From Tricharina praecox (lineage: Eukaryota), in contig NW_026250417.1 in the NCBI RefSeq assembly GCF_024521635.1, positions 124,001 to 188,000 on the forward strand: DNA of 64,000 bases, given 5' to 3'. The number at the start of each line of letters is the position of its first letter. Positions within the stretch are counted from its first letter, which is position 1. Shown in pieces: positions 12,987 through 24,034 of the stretch. The position numbers and the translations under genes are program-made. The notes under the pieces were generated by a model. It did no database searches and was not told the origin of the DNA. It saw nothing but the letters and a program-made list of their open reading frames with translations.

Positions 12987-15900
12987 ATGGTTCGGAGAAG
13001 TTGTAAGCTTGATCCCTCTGTTGCCAGTTGGCAGGAGAAGCTCACTGACATTATCTGCTGTAGCTGCTCGCTTGTCTGCGAAGGCTGCATCGACGACGAA
13101 GACTCCATCACAGTCCCTCACAAAGCAGAAGACGGCTGCTAAACCCGCCAAGTCGAGATCGTCCACCGCCACTGTTGCTGCTGCTGCTGCTGCCGCTTTC
13201 GACAGCAGCAGCGACAACGACAACGGCAGCGATGCTCCCTCCACCAAGCGCCGTCGTAGAAACAACGGCACGGCATCGACTATCAAGAAGAACAATGTCG
13301 CTGTCATCGAGAATGCTGCTTCTACTAAGACTTCCAAGGCCGTCTCTCCCACATCGTTCGAGTTCAGTCGTGCGGGCACTACCGACACTGCCATGACCAG
13401 CGGGAGCGATTCCGCCACTCTACGGCGGCGCAAACGACAGTTGAAGAACCAAAACGACGACGAGGACGAAGGAGATGATCTTGATGAAGAAGGTGACTCC
13501 GGAGATTTCACGGAGAGGCCAGAGTTCGAAGATTCCGAGGAATTGGAGCCACTGTTCAGCGATTTCGCGGAGGGGTCAGAGTTCGAAGATTACGAGGAGG
13601 GGCCAGAGTTCAGAGATTCCGGGGATGACGAGGACGGAGATTACGAAGAGGACAAATCCAAGAACCTATCGAAGGTAGGCAGGAAGTGGAAGGGCAGATC
13701 TGTGCCAGTCGATATCCTGGAGGAAAAACACACGGCCCAACATAAAGCTGCGAAGCCTGGGCTCTTGCATGGTCGTATGTGTCAAGATCGATATATTCCC
13801 TACTGGATGCCGTCGGAAGATCTAGAGGAAACCCAGAAGAGTCGATTTGAGAAGCTGCAAAAAGAGTACGGAGGATTGCACAAGGAAGAATACGACTCGG
13901 ATGTCCTCGACGAGGAGGATCCTGATTTTCCTAGAACAGCATTCGTTCCGGATGACCCTCACAATACCCGCAGGGTGAGTTCGGTACCTTGGTTATCCGA
14001 GATTTGGACATACGACTGATACTGCTGGATACAGAGCACTAATGACCGTGCATTATTGTATTATTATCATGGGGAGCTCAGGAATGTCTGGCTCGAACTG
14101 GGTCTTCGTCGCAACATCACGGTCAAGGAAGACCCCCAGCCGCCTGGACTAGCACTTAAGCTTCTGCCCTTCCAGAAAGAAGGACTGCATTGGATGCGTG
14201 TTCAGGAGAAGAGTGCTTACAAGGGAGGTATTCTTGCCGACGAAATGGGCATGGGCAAGACCGTACGTGTATCCTTGGAGCATCCGACAGGCGGTGTTTG
14301 GCTAATTGGTATTTCAGATTCAAACCCTTGCTCTCATAATGACTGATCCCAATGCTGGTCCCAACCTCGTTGTCGCTCCCACCGTTGCGCTCATGCAGTG
14401 GAAATCTGAGATCGAGAAATACACCGGCGATGCTTTGAAGGTGTATCTCTTTCACGGAGCATCGAGATCCACGGATCACAAAGAGTTGTCAAAATACAAT
14501 GTCATCTTGACCAGCTACAACCTTGTCGAGTCTGTGTATCGGAAGCAACAAACTGGCTACAGGCGCAAGAACGGAATCGTCAAGGAAGACAGTGGTCTGC
14601 ACAAAGTCATGTATCATCGAGTGATTTTGGACGAAGCCCACAATATCAAGGTATGCATTGGAACTGCCTTCCCATAGACTTACTACGTCTAACCCTTCAT
14701 GCAGGACCGCACAAGCAACACCGCGAAAGCAGTGTTTGCTCTCAAGACCAAGTACAAGCTGTGCTTGTCCGGAACACCCCTCCAGAATCGCATTGGAGAG
14801 CTTTTCTCCTTACTCCGCTTCTTGGAGATCGATCCTTTCGCATACTATTACTGCCGAAAGTGCCCATGCAAGCAACTCCAGTGGAAGTTTTCCAACAATC
14901 GCAGCTGTGATAGTTGTGGCTGCTCTCCCATGAGCCATATCAGCTTTTTCAACTACGAGTGTTTGAAGCCGATCCAGAGAGATGGAAACACCGGTGCGGG
15001 AAAGATTGCGTACAACAATATCCGTCATCTTTTGAAACACATCATGTTGAGGCGCACCAAGAACGAACGCGAGGACGACCTTGGACTTCCGAACAAGGTG
15101 GTGCGCATCCGCAAGGACAAATTCTCGGAGGAAGAGCTTGACCTTTACGACTCCATCTTCTCGGATGGCAAGAGGAAGTTCGAGACCTATGTCTCACAAG
15201 GAGTTGTCCTAAACAATTACGCGAACATCTTCACCCTCATCACTCGTATGCGGCAGATGGCCGACCATCCGGATCTGGTGCTTCGGAAGCATATCGAAGA
15301 TGGACAGGTCACGCTGGTCTGCGGAATCTGCGATGAGGAAGCTGAGGAGGCGATCAAGTCCAAGTGTCACCACACATACTGTCGCGACTGCGTCCAGCGC
15401 TACGTATCCGGGTTTTGTGGCAACTCGGCCCCCGAATGCCCCAAGTGCCATATCCCGCTTGTGATCGATCTTGCTGCTCCTGCCATTGAGCCTGATTCCT
15501 ATCAGCCTAAGCGTACCAGCATCGTCAACCGGATCGACATGACCAACTGGCGCTCCTCGACCAAGATTGAGGCGCTCTGCCACGAGCTCTACCGCCTCCG
15601 TCGCCCGTACCAGACCACCAAGTCCATCGTGTTTTCGCAGTTCACGTCCATGCTCCAATTGATTGAATGGCGTCTCAACCACGCCGGCTTCAAAACCGTC
15701 ATGCTACAGGGCTCCATGTCACCGGCGCAACGCGATGCTACGATCAAATACTTTATGACCCACGTCGAGGTCGAAGTATTCCTCGTCTCCCTCAAGGCCG
15801 GTGGTGTCGCACTCAATCTCATCGAGGCAAACCATGTGTTCCTCATGGAGCCGTGGTGGAATCCCAGTGTCGAATGGCAGGCGGCCGACCGCATCCACCG

Positions 15901-16078
15901 TATCGGCCAGACTCGCGTCTGCACGGTCACCAGGATGGTGGTGGACGACAGCATCGAGAGCAGGATCATCGAGCTGCAGGAGAAGAAGACGAGGATGATC
16001 GAGGCCACCGTCAATGCGGATCAAAAGGCTATGGAACGCTTGACTGCTGACGACATGAGGTTCTTGTTCCAGAACTGA
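12987..16078 (+). CDS. RAD16: SNF2-family ATPase/RING E3 ligase Rad16 (multi-exon)
   Basis: [46 protein letters not shown], a C3HC4 RING ([17 protein letters not shown]), [19 protein letters not shown] and [11 protein letters not shown]. Exon 1 is 12987-13002 with intron 13003-13063. Confidence 0.95.
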
Positions 16079-16254
16079 GCTATTCCGTTTCCTTTTCTGG
16101 GGCGCATCCTGGGGCGTATCGTCGTTTGGAGTTTGCTTTGCTTTATTTTTTTTTTACTGGCAAGATTGGCGAATGGATTCCTCATTCCTTTGATACTTTG
16201 ATGGTTTTACTTGTATTTTTGTTTTCATTTCTGCACATACCATTTACAACTAGA

Positions 16255-16595
16255 GATTTGGGGGTGATGATGGAGCAGCTTAGCGTTGTGAACGGGGCGA
16301 AATGGCATGCTTTACTTTTACTCTTACTTTTCTTTACTTTTCTTTACCTTTGTTTCTTTTTTCATGATGCTTTACTTTTACTAGTACTTCTGCTTTTTTC
16401 ACGTTTCTCATGATGCTTTACCTTTACTAGTACTTCTACTTTTTTCTGCTTTTCTCATGATGCTTGCTTGCTTGGGACGCTCGTTCTTTGGGGGCGATGA
16501 TCAGATTATGTAGCAGCTTAGCATAGTGAACGGGGCGAAATGGGCATGCTTTACTTGTACTTTTACTTGTCTCTCCTTTTCTCATGATGCTTGGA
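16255..16595. repeat. Degenerate direct repeat in the RAD16 3' flank
   Basis: gcagcttagc..gtgaacggggcgaaatg(g)gcatgctttactt at ~16275 and ~16512, with repeated tttctcatgatgct and tttactt subunits. Confidence 0.8.
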
Positions 16596-17626
16596 ATTCC
16601 CCTTCGTTCTTGATAGGATGGTACCGGTACCGGTACAAAAGTACATACGATTAGAGTGCAACGGGTGACCATGTAACGAGTGATATGCGATAATCCGAAC
16701 GGCCATCATTACTATGGAGTACCACAACCCAGGCGCGAGATCTCAGGTCCCAGGGCAAAGCATCGCGTGGTCCAGCGGATGATTTTACCTCTAGTATCCG
16801 AGTCGAGACTCGAGAGTAGTTCACGACCTATGAGCCTTGGACCGATCACCTTGGGGCCGGCCACCTCTCCCCCCAACTACTCCCGCTTCAGGGTGTGTGC
16901 CGGATACATAGTTGCCTCCCTCCCTCTGTACATACCTACATATCCATGGCCCATGGAATCGATGTGACGCCGGACGGCACTGACGGGCGACAGGAACGTA
17001 AACGTGTGTATGTACCTAGCCGCTGAGCGTGGATGATAGATCCACGTGGTTGCGGTGTGGTTGCAGTGCGGCGTGACACTACTACCGCAACTACCATCAC
17101 CGCGTACGGTCTTTATCACTCGCGGCTTGAGATCGTGAGGATGGTGGTGGTTATACTGGCTGGTCGGGGTGCTCTGCTGAGGGCTTACTCGTAAGTGTCT
17201 GTTGTAGTTCCTGTTGTATGTAGGTACATAGTTCCATAGTTTCTCACCGAACGGGCCAGTTTTATATTTCTTCACCGTCACCGCAGCACATCACAGCTAC
17301 AACCCGAGTTCTCACTGTAGCTCTCACTGGCCCACCAACGAAAACCGGGGTATCACAATATCCATTCCATCTTCCATTCCATCTTCCATTCCACCGACAA
17401 TGTAGTTAACTCAAAGAAGAAGAAGCACAATAAAATACGAGTATCTACACGCCCCTCGTCCCCACCGCTACCCAAGAAAGAAAGAATAATACCAGCAGCA
17501 GATTACAAATTATAGACTCCCGTCCCCGTCCCCGTCCCCCGTCCCCCTCCGCCCTCCCCTTCCCTTCCCGCCCCCCCCCCCCCCCACCGACCCACCAACC
17601 CACCCACCCAGACGAAATATGCAACA

Positions 17627-19561
17627 CTACCTCCCGCCAAACGCCAGACTCGCAAACGCGTCCGGACTATGCCTCCCGCTCTGCCAGGCGCCGAAGTCAA
17701 CACTCTCCTGGCTGCGGTGACTCTGGTTCTGGACGGCAACGGGGAGGAACGGGTTATTGCTTGCAGCCTGGGGCATTTGCATTTGCTGGGGTTGCGGGGG
17801 TTGTGGTGGGGGCTGGCTACCGGTGACTTCGATCTGCAGCTCGCTCCTGGGCGGCGCGAGTTGCGGTGCGTTGAACAGCGCCAGGATTTGCGATTTGTCG
17901 ATGCTTTGCGGTTGCGGCTGGTGTTGCTGCGGTGAGAAGAACTGCTGCTGTTGTTGTTGTTGCTGCTGCTGCTGCTGCTGGAATTGTGGTTGTGGCTGCT
18001 GGAATTGCTGGTACGGGTTTGTTTGCAGTTGTTGTGGTTGGAGTTGTTGTGGTTGGAGTTGCTGTGGCTGGAGTTGTTGTGGCTGCTGGAATTGTTGCTG
18101 GTAGGGGTTTGCCGGTGAGGGGAGCGCCGACATGTACGGATTGTAGGAGGATCCGGTGGAGGCGGGGTATTGCATCGGTGCTGTCGGGGTTGGTGCGACG
18201 CCGAAGGGGTTATTGTTGTTTTGAGGGATTGCGAACTGCTGCTGTGGCTGCTGCTGCTGGTACCCGAGGAGCTGTGAGTGCCATGCTTGCTGCACGGGGT
18301 ACTGTTGCTGCTGCTGTTGATGTTGCTGTTGCTGCTGGAAGAACATTGGCTGGACGGACGGCATGCTTCCTCCCGTGCGTGCCTGTGAGAGTGGGAGTGG
18401 CGGGAGCGGAGGCTGCTCTTTATCCAGTTCTTCGAAGGGATTCGACGACGACGACGACGCGGGGGTGGTCGTCAAATTGACACTGTGACGGAGCACCGCC
18501 GCGGGCCCGCTCTTGTGTGACTGGACGGTCAACCCGTTCTTTGGGGGGGGTTCTGGTCGTCGATCCTCTGCCTTGTTGAGCCGTATCAAGATCTCGACGG
18601 CATCCATCATCTTCCCATCCGTCTGCTTGAGGACCTCAATGCACTGGTTGACATCCGTAAACCCCATCTCGGAGAGATTCTTAATCTGCTCACCATAGAG
18701 CTCGAACAGCGTCGGCGCCGCCATACCGTGTGGGAACACCACGGGCCCCGGCGGCGGACGACTATCCGTGTACGGCGCGTTGTTGGTACCCAGAATCTGA
18801 TTCACCTTCCCCTGGCCACCAGGCGACGACGAACGGAACAATCCCAATCCCAACTTTCGTCTCCCCGACGAGGACGAAGACTTCGCCGTGCTCGACCCCC
18901 CACCACTAACCGCAGCAGCCGCGCTCGAACTCGGCGCTGCACCGTTCCCTTCACGCCGGAAGGTCTGGTACTCGTATTTCGCGCGGATATGCCGCTCCAT
19001 GTGGCTGTCGGCATCCTCCTGCGATAGCGGTGGTGGGTGCTTATGCGGGTCGGGGTTGAAGTATGTGTTCGATCTCGCATTACCATTTTTCCGCATGCTC
19101 TGTCCAGTGCCAATTCCGTCACGTCAGCATTCCTCCGCTGTCTCTCCGGCGCACGTGCGCGTCACACACACACAACGTACCTCCACCTGCTCATTCGTCC
19201 AAGCATCCATCGAGATGCTCTTAACTTTCGACACATGCGTGCCCAGTTTCCGGTGTAGCGATGCGCAGCGAATGCACAAGAATATGCCCAACTATTTCCG
19301 CGATCAGCACACAACCCCTTTCTCCCCCGTTCCCGCGTCCCCCGGATCACACCGCTTACACTCCAACTAGCCCAACCTATTCTTCGCCGTCAGCGTCTTT
19401 TTCTTCTTCTTCCCCCCTCCCCACGAGGATGTAGGTGGTTAGGTACCTGGATTGCGGGTCCCGCAGTCGGCGCATCGGTCGTTGCCGGGAACACTCTTGA
19501 TCAGGTCTTGCAAGATCTTCTCGTTGCGCGCTTGCTGGCGTTTGTTGAGCATCGAGGACAT
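17627..19561 (-). CDS. GTS1: ArfGAP + UBA domain protein with Q-rich tail (Gts1-like)
   Basis: PGNDRCADCGTRNP|GWASWS|LGIFLCIRCASLHRKLGTHVSKVKSISMDAWT (ArfGAP zinc finger), HIRAKYE, UBA-like LSEMGF..AVEIL, NPF motifs and poly-Q. Includes a 17-nt exon at 19376-19360. Confidence 0.85.
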
Positions 19562-20999
19562 CGCGGCGAGCGTGCGGGCGGGCGGGCGAGTACTCTAAGG
19601 GGGCGGGCGGCGGTGGTCGGGTCGTGCGGCGGTGGTCGGGTCGTGCGGCGGCTGGGGGAGACGATGCGACTGATTCCTCGGCTTATGTACTGCTCGGTGA
19701 GGGGATAGGGAGGAGGAGGAGGATGACGGGGACTCGTGGGGGACTCGTGGAGTGGAGTTGGGCGCGAGTGTCGTCGTCGGTCGGTTGGTTGGCGAGGCGA
19801 GCTTGATTAATTGGACAGGCCAGCGAGTTGTTCGTGTGGTGGTGCTTGCGCTTTTCGTCGCGTTCGCTCGCTCGCTCGCTCTGCTGCTGCTGCTGCTGCT
19901 GCTGCGCGGCTAAGTCAGGTTGTGTCTGGGGGTGTCTCGGTCGGCATTATTGGTCAGGCAGGTCTGGTCAGGCCACACCCCTGCTTGGCGAGGAGGAGGA
20001 CGTGCGTGCGCCGTGCGGACTGCGGAGGACGGGCGGAGATCACCAACAACGTGAGCATATAGAGACGGTGGGAAAATAGCAACACACACGAGAGCTGATG
20101 TACGTAAGCGCTGAGAGGAGAGGAGGAGGATTCACGCGCCGCAGTCATGGGCTCTGCTAGTACCAGTTGCCCGCCCCACATTATACGTAGGTAGATCACT
20201 GTAGGACTTCGAGCGAGGACGTAGGTAGTGTAGGCAGAGTAGGGGCACTCTCGTGAAGACTTTCGGCGGCGGCCATGGAGAAGAAACAGAACAGACGTCG
20301 AACGCGCCTGTTTGACTTGGTACTACCACCACCAACCCATCTCCGTACGGGCATACACAGGCACATAATACTCCGCGCAGCACAGACAGTCAAATCGGAC
20401 AGTGACAGTGAGACGCATCGTACCGCCCCGGGGAGTCCTCACGCATCGAGCATGAGCATGAACGCGGAAAGGCAGCAAATCTCGGCGATCCCGTCGTTTT
20501 CCCACTCGGACGTGTCAATGGTTATGCCCGTACCCATGGGCACACACGCATGCTCGAGGCATGAACAAAACAAACATTCTTGACCGGGACGGGCGCCGGG
20601 GGGACACCTGTGATGGGTGTCGGTGTGTAAGGGTGTGGCGGCGGTCAAAATTCCTGTGAAATTGCTTGGCGCCCGAGCGGCTAACTTGTGGGGAGGGGTC
20701 GCACGCATAAAAGACCAACTTTTTTCTCCGTCTTCTCTCTTCACTTCTGCACTGCACTGCACTGCTTCACGCAACAACAACAACGACGCCGACGACGACG
20801 ACACGCAACGATGTAGCAGCAACATCTCGCACACGCTCTCTTTCCTTCAATTCGGCTTCAATTCAGCTTCAGCATGTACATAATACCCCCTGCAATCAAT
20901 AAAAACCATTCCTCTGTCTATCCCCGACCCAGCGAGCGCACGCTCTTCCCCTCCCCTTCCCCCTACCCCCCAGTACAACAAAACCCCACAGAATGCCTA

Positions 21000-21190
21000 C
21001 CTCCCACGCCGCCTCCGTTGCTGAATATCTTCGGATGTTATCCTTCGGGGGCACTTTCCAGGTGCGGAGCGTAACAATTCATATTATATCTAGTGGGATA
21101 GCAATATTGGTATCTTAGCAGGACCGCATCTACTTCCACCCCGCTCTTGACAACTGATTGAGCGGGACTATAATCGGATGTACATCCCTT
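21000..21190 (+). ncRNA. Candidate structured ncRNA (H/ACA-snoRNA-like)
   Basis: Two C-UUCG-G hairpins (21024-21039, 21041-21050), CTCCG/CGGAG and GCAC/GTGC stems, ANANNA (ATATTA at 21081), a perfect CCCGCTC/GAGCGGG stem ending 15 nt before ACA (21182-21184), then a T-rich tract. Confidence 0.45.
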
Positions 21191-21775
21191 TGTTTTTTGG
21201 TTTTTTTTTGGCTTTTTATACATAGTGGTGGTGGTGAATGAGAATTTGATTGGATTGGATTGACGACAATATTTGGTTGCCATCACCGTGAATGAAACGA
21301 TACCGTCTTGACTTGACTCGACTCCCGCGAACTCCTCGTGCCCGTCCATGAGATCCCCACGAGATCCAAAGAATGAATGGAAGCAAGCAGCGATGATTAT
21401 AGCAGTATCTCGCAACCACCGCGATCCCCTCCCTCGACCAGATAAAGTTGAAACAAACCAAGATGACATGCGGAAAAAAACAAGAATCGAAACAAGAAAC
21501 CCCGCTGTAGTATGCGTGCAAAAGTACTTGACTAGGTAGGCAGTAAAGCAAGGTGCAGAGTAAAGTAAAGGTAAAGCAAAGCAGCCCCTTCCATCACATC
21601 GCATCACATCACTTCGGAACGATCCCTCCCCCCTCCCATCCGCCTCCGCCATAGCTATCTCGCGATGTAGGTAGAACGAGCAAAGCAAAGCAAGAACCAG
21701 GAGGAGAAAGAAGAAGAAATAAAGTTAGAAGTGCACGCGCAAAATGATTACAGCCGCGTCGTCTTCCGTCATCTT

Positions 21776-22893
21776 CTACTCCTCCTGCTGCTTCAACTTG
21801 TTCATATCTACCTTCTCGCCCATGACCTCGCCGATAACACGTAACCTATCGATGCGGATCTTCTCTGCGCCGGGGCGCTCCGCCTCGACAAAGAACATGG
21901 TGAACGCCGAGCAGTTCTGGAACTTGACGAATTTGGTCGTGATCACTGCCGTGCCGTTCTTATTCCAGTCCTCGGCCTTGAGCTCGATGGTCTGTGTGGA
22001 CTCGCGCTCCTCGGCGTCCTCGAATCCGAGGATCTGGTGCGTGTTGCAGAACAGCTTGATGGTGCGGGGACGGGAAGGGGCCTCGTCGTCGTCTTCGTCC
22101 GCGTCCGCCGACGCGAGGGAGGTAAGGTGGATCGAGTGGAGCTTGACCGCCGCCTGGAACGGAATGTAAAGCATCAGCTGTTCGTCGGTATCGCTCTCGA
22201 CGCCGTCGGCTCCCTTTCCGGCCGGTTTTTTGAACTCGAACAGCGTGCGGGCTGTGCCGAGCGACGTGTTGGCATTGAGAATGTCGAGCCCCGCCAGCTC
22301 GACCGACTGCGTGATGTTGGAGTAATTCTTGACCGCGATCGGCGCTCCGAGCCACGACGAGTCATTGGTGGTGGTGTTGCTGCTGCCGCCACCGGCCGCG
22401 GCACCTCCGGCGGGTCCCTCGAGGCTGCCGAGGAGATCCGGGAGCGACGTGATCAGCTCGCCGACACCTGACATGCGACGGATAACAGCACCGGACTTGA
22501 ACACGAGGAAGGTGGGATCACTATTGGCAATGTTCCATCAGCAAGCCGCGATCGAGAACGGGCCGGAGGCTCACTACGTACACAGTGATCTGGTACTGGC
22601 TCTCAGCCCACGGGTTCTTGGTGATGTCGCAGCGCGCCAGCCGGATCTTGTCGGTCAGACGACCGGCAACTGTGCCCATACCATCGAGCACCTGGTGGGC
22701 ACTCTTATAAACTGCACAGCGGGGGAACCACGGGGGCAGGTGTCAGCTTTTCGCGGAAGTTCTCTCTCCCGTGGGCTGGTTGGTTGTAGAGTAGGTAGGT
22801 AGGGAGCTCACAGGCCACCATCGCGGGCTTGCTGCCGCCCAGCAGCGACTGCATCTGCGCTCCATTCGCAATTTCGGGGTATGAGGCTGACAT
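21776..22893 (-). CDS. Thioredoxin-like + PITH domain protein (Txl1/TXNL1 architecture) lacking CxxC; 318 aa, 3 exons
   Basis: Exons 22893-22812, 22711-22582 and 22520-21776. Thioredoxin-fold remnant YQITVDPTFLVFK. PITH motif ESDTDEQLMLYIPFQAAVKLHSIHL..PRTIKLFCN..LGFEDA..FVKFQN. Confidence 0.88.
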
Positions 22894-23599
22894 TGTGTGT
22901 GTGAACGATTTGGTCTGCGCGTATGAAGGGAGTTCGGGGGTGAGAGAAGCTTCGGTTCGGAAGACGCGATTGTTTGTTGGTGGGGTGGAAGGTGCGGGGT
23001 GAAGCTGCGGCTGCCAAGGCGCTAGCTGGTTTGTGGAGCAGCAGTTTAGGCGTCATTGGGACTCACTCGAGCGTGACTTTGTCGATTCAAAAAAATACCG
23101 TATATTGCTATCTGCAGAGCACGTACCGGAGCATGGTGTACGATGGGAGTTAAGGCTTAAGAGTAACCTGTCCAGTTGCAATTGCTGCGGGGCTGGGAAA
23201 GGACATGCGGCCATACCCACTCACTCGCTGCGGTCGTTTTCGTGGTTCGAGCATGATCTATATATCTGCACGTCACGTGCGAATGCCTAAAGACAGGCGT
23301 AGTCTAACGATATGTGAGCTTCAAAGAGAACCAGTTTTATTCCCAAGCTTGCTACACGCCAGTGAAAGCCTCCCCAATCACCAGCAAAGAACCCAACTGT
23401 AAAAAAGCGTACAAAACCAGAGACAGACATCATGAACTACACCCCCATCGTTCCCAATGCGCAAATCATCACCCCTCATATCATCAGCAAACAATCAAAC
23501 TTTTGAAAAAGAGAACAGAAACAAAAACAGAAATCATGAAATCCACCCCCTCATCCGCAATGCTCAAATCACACCCTGATATCCTCCTTGTTAACGCCA

Positions 23600-23960
23600 T
23601 TATGTGAAAGTATCCACGGTGCAATGCCCGCGAAACAATCAGAAAAGAAAAAGAAAAAGATGCAAAACAATCAGAAAAGAAAAGAAAAGCAAACAAATGA
23701 AAAGAAAGCTCTGATATCATCCCGCATCCAACACCATTTTTGACGCCTTCCCTGATGCCTCCCCATCGCCATTTTTGAAAATATCCGCCCATAGTGTAAT
23801 GCCCGCAAAAACAATCAGAAAATAAAAGTAAACAAATGCAAAACAATCAGAAAAGAAAAGCAAACAGATGAAAGAGAAAGCCATGATATCATCACCACGT
23901 CCAACACCTTTTTTGACGCCTTCCATGATGCCTCTCCATCGCCGTTTTTTTGAAAAGAAA
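23600..23960. repeat. Tandem duplication of a ~175-bp A-rich unit
   Basis: aatgcccgc(g/a)aaacaatcagaaaa at ~23622 and ~23798. ccaacacc..ttttgacgccttcc.tgatgcct..ccatcgcc at ~23728 and ~23901. Confidence 0.85.
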
Positions 23961-24034
23961 AAAAAAGGAGAAAAAAGAAGAAAAAAGAAAGAAAGAAAAA
24001 AACCATCCATCTCTCACATGTTCATATCCATTGA

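Noticed and set aside
20997..21005. CTACCTCCC complementary to the 18S rRNA segment GGGAGGUAG as a guide element
   Set aside because: The partner pocket strand and a correctly spaced H box are missing, so a 9-nt match is likely chance.
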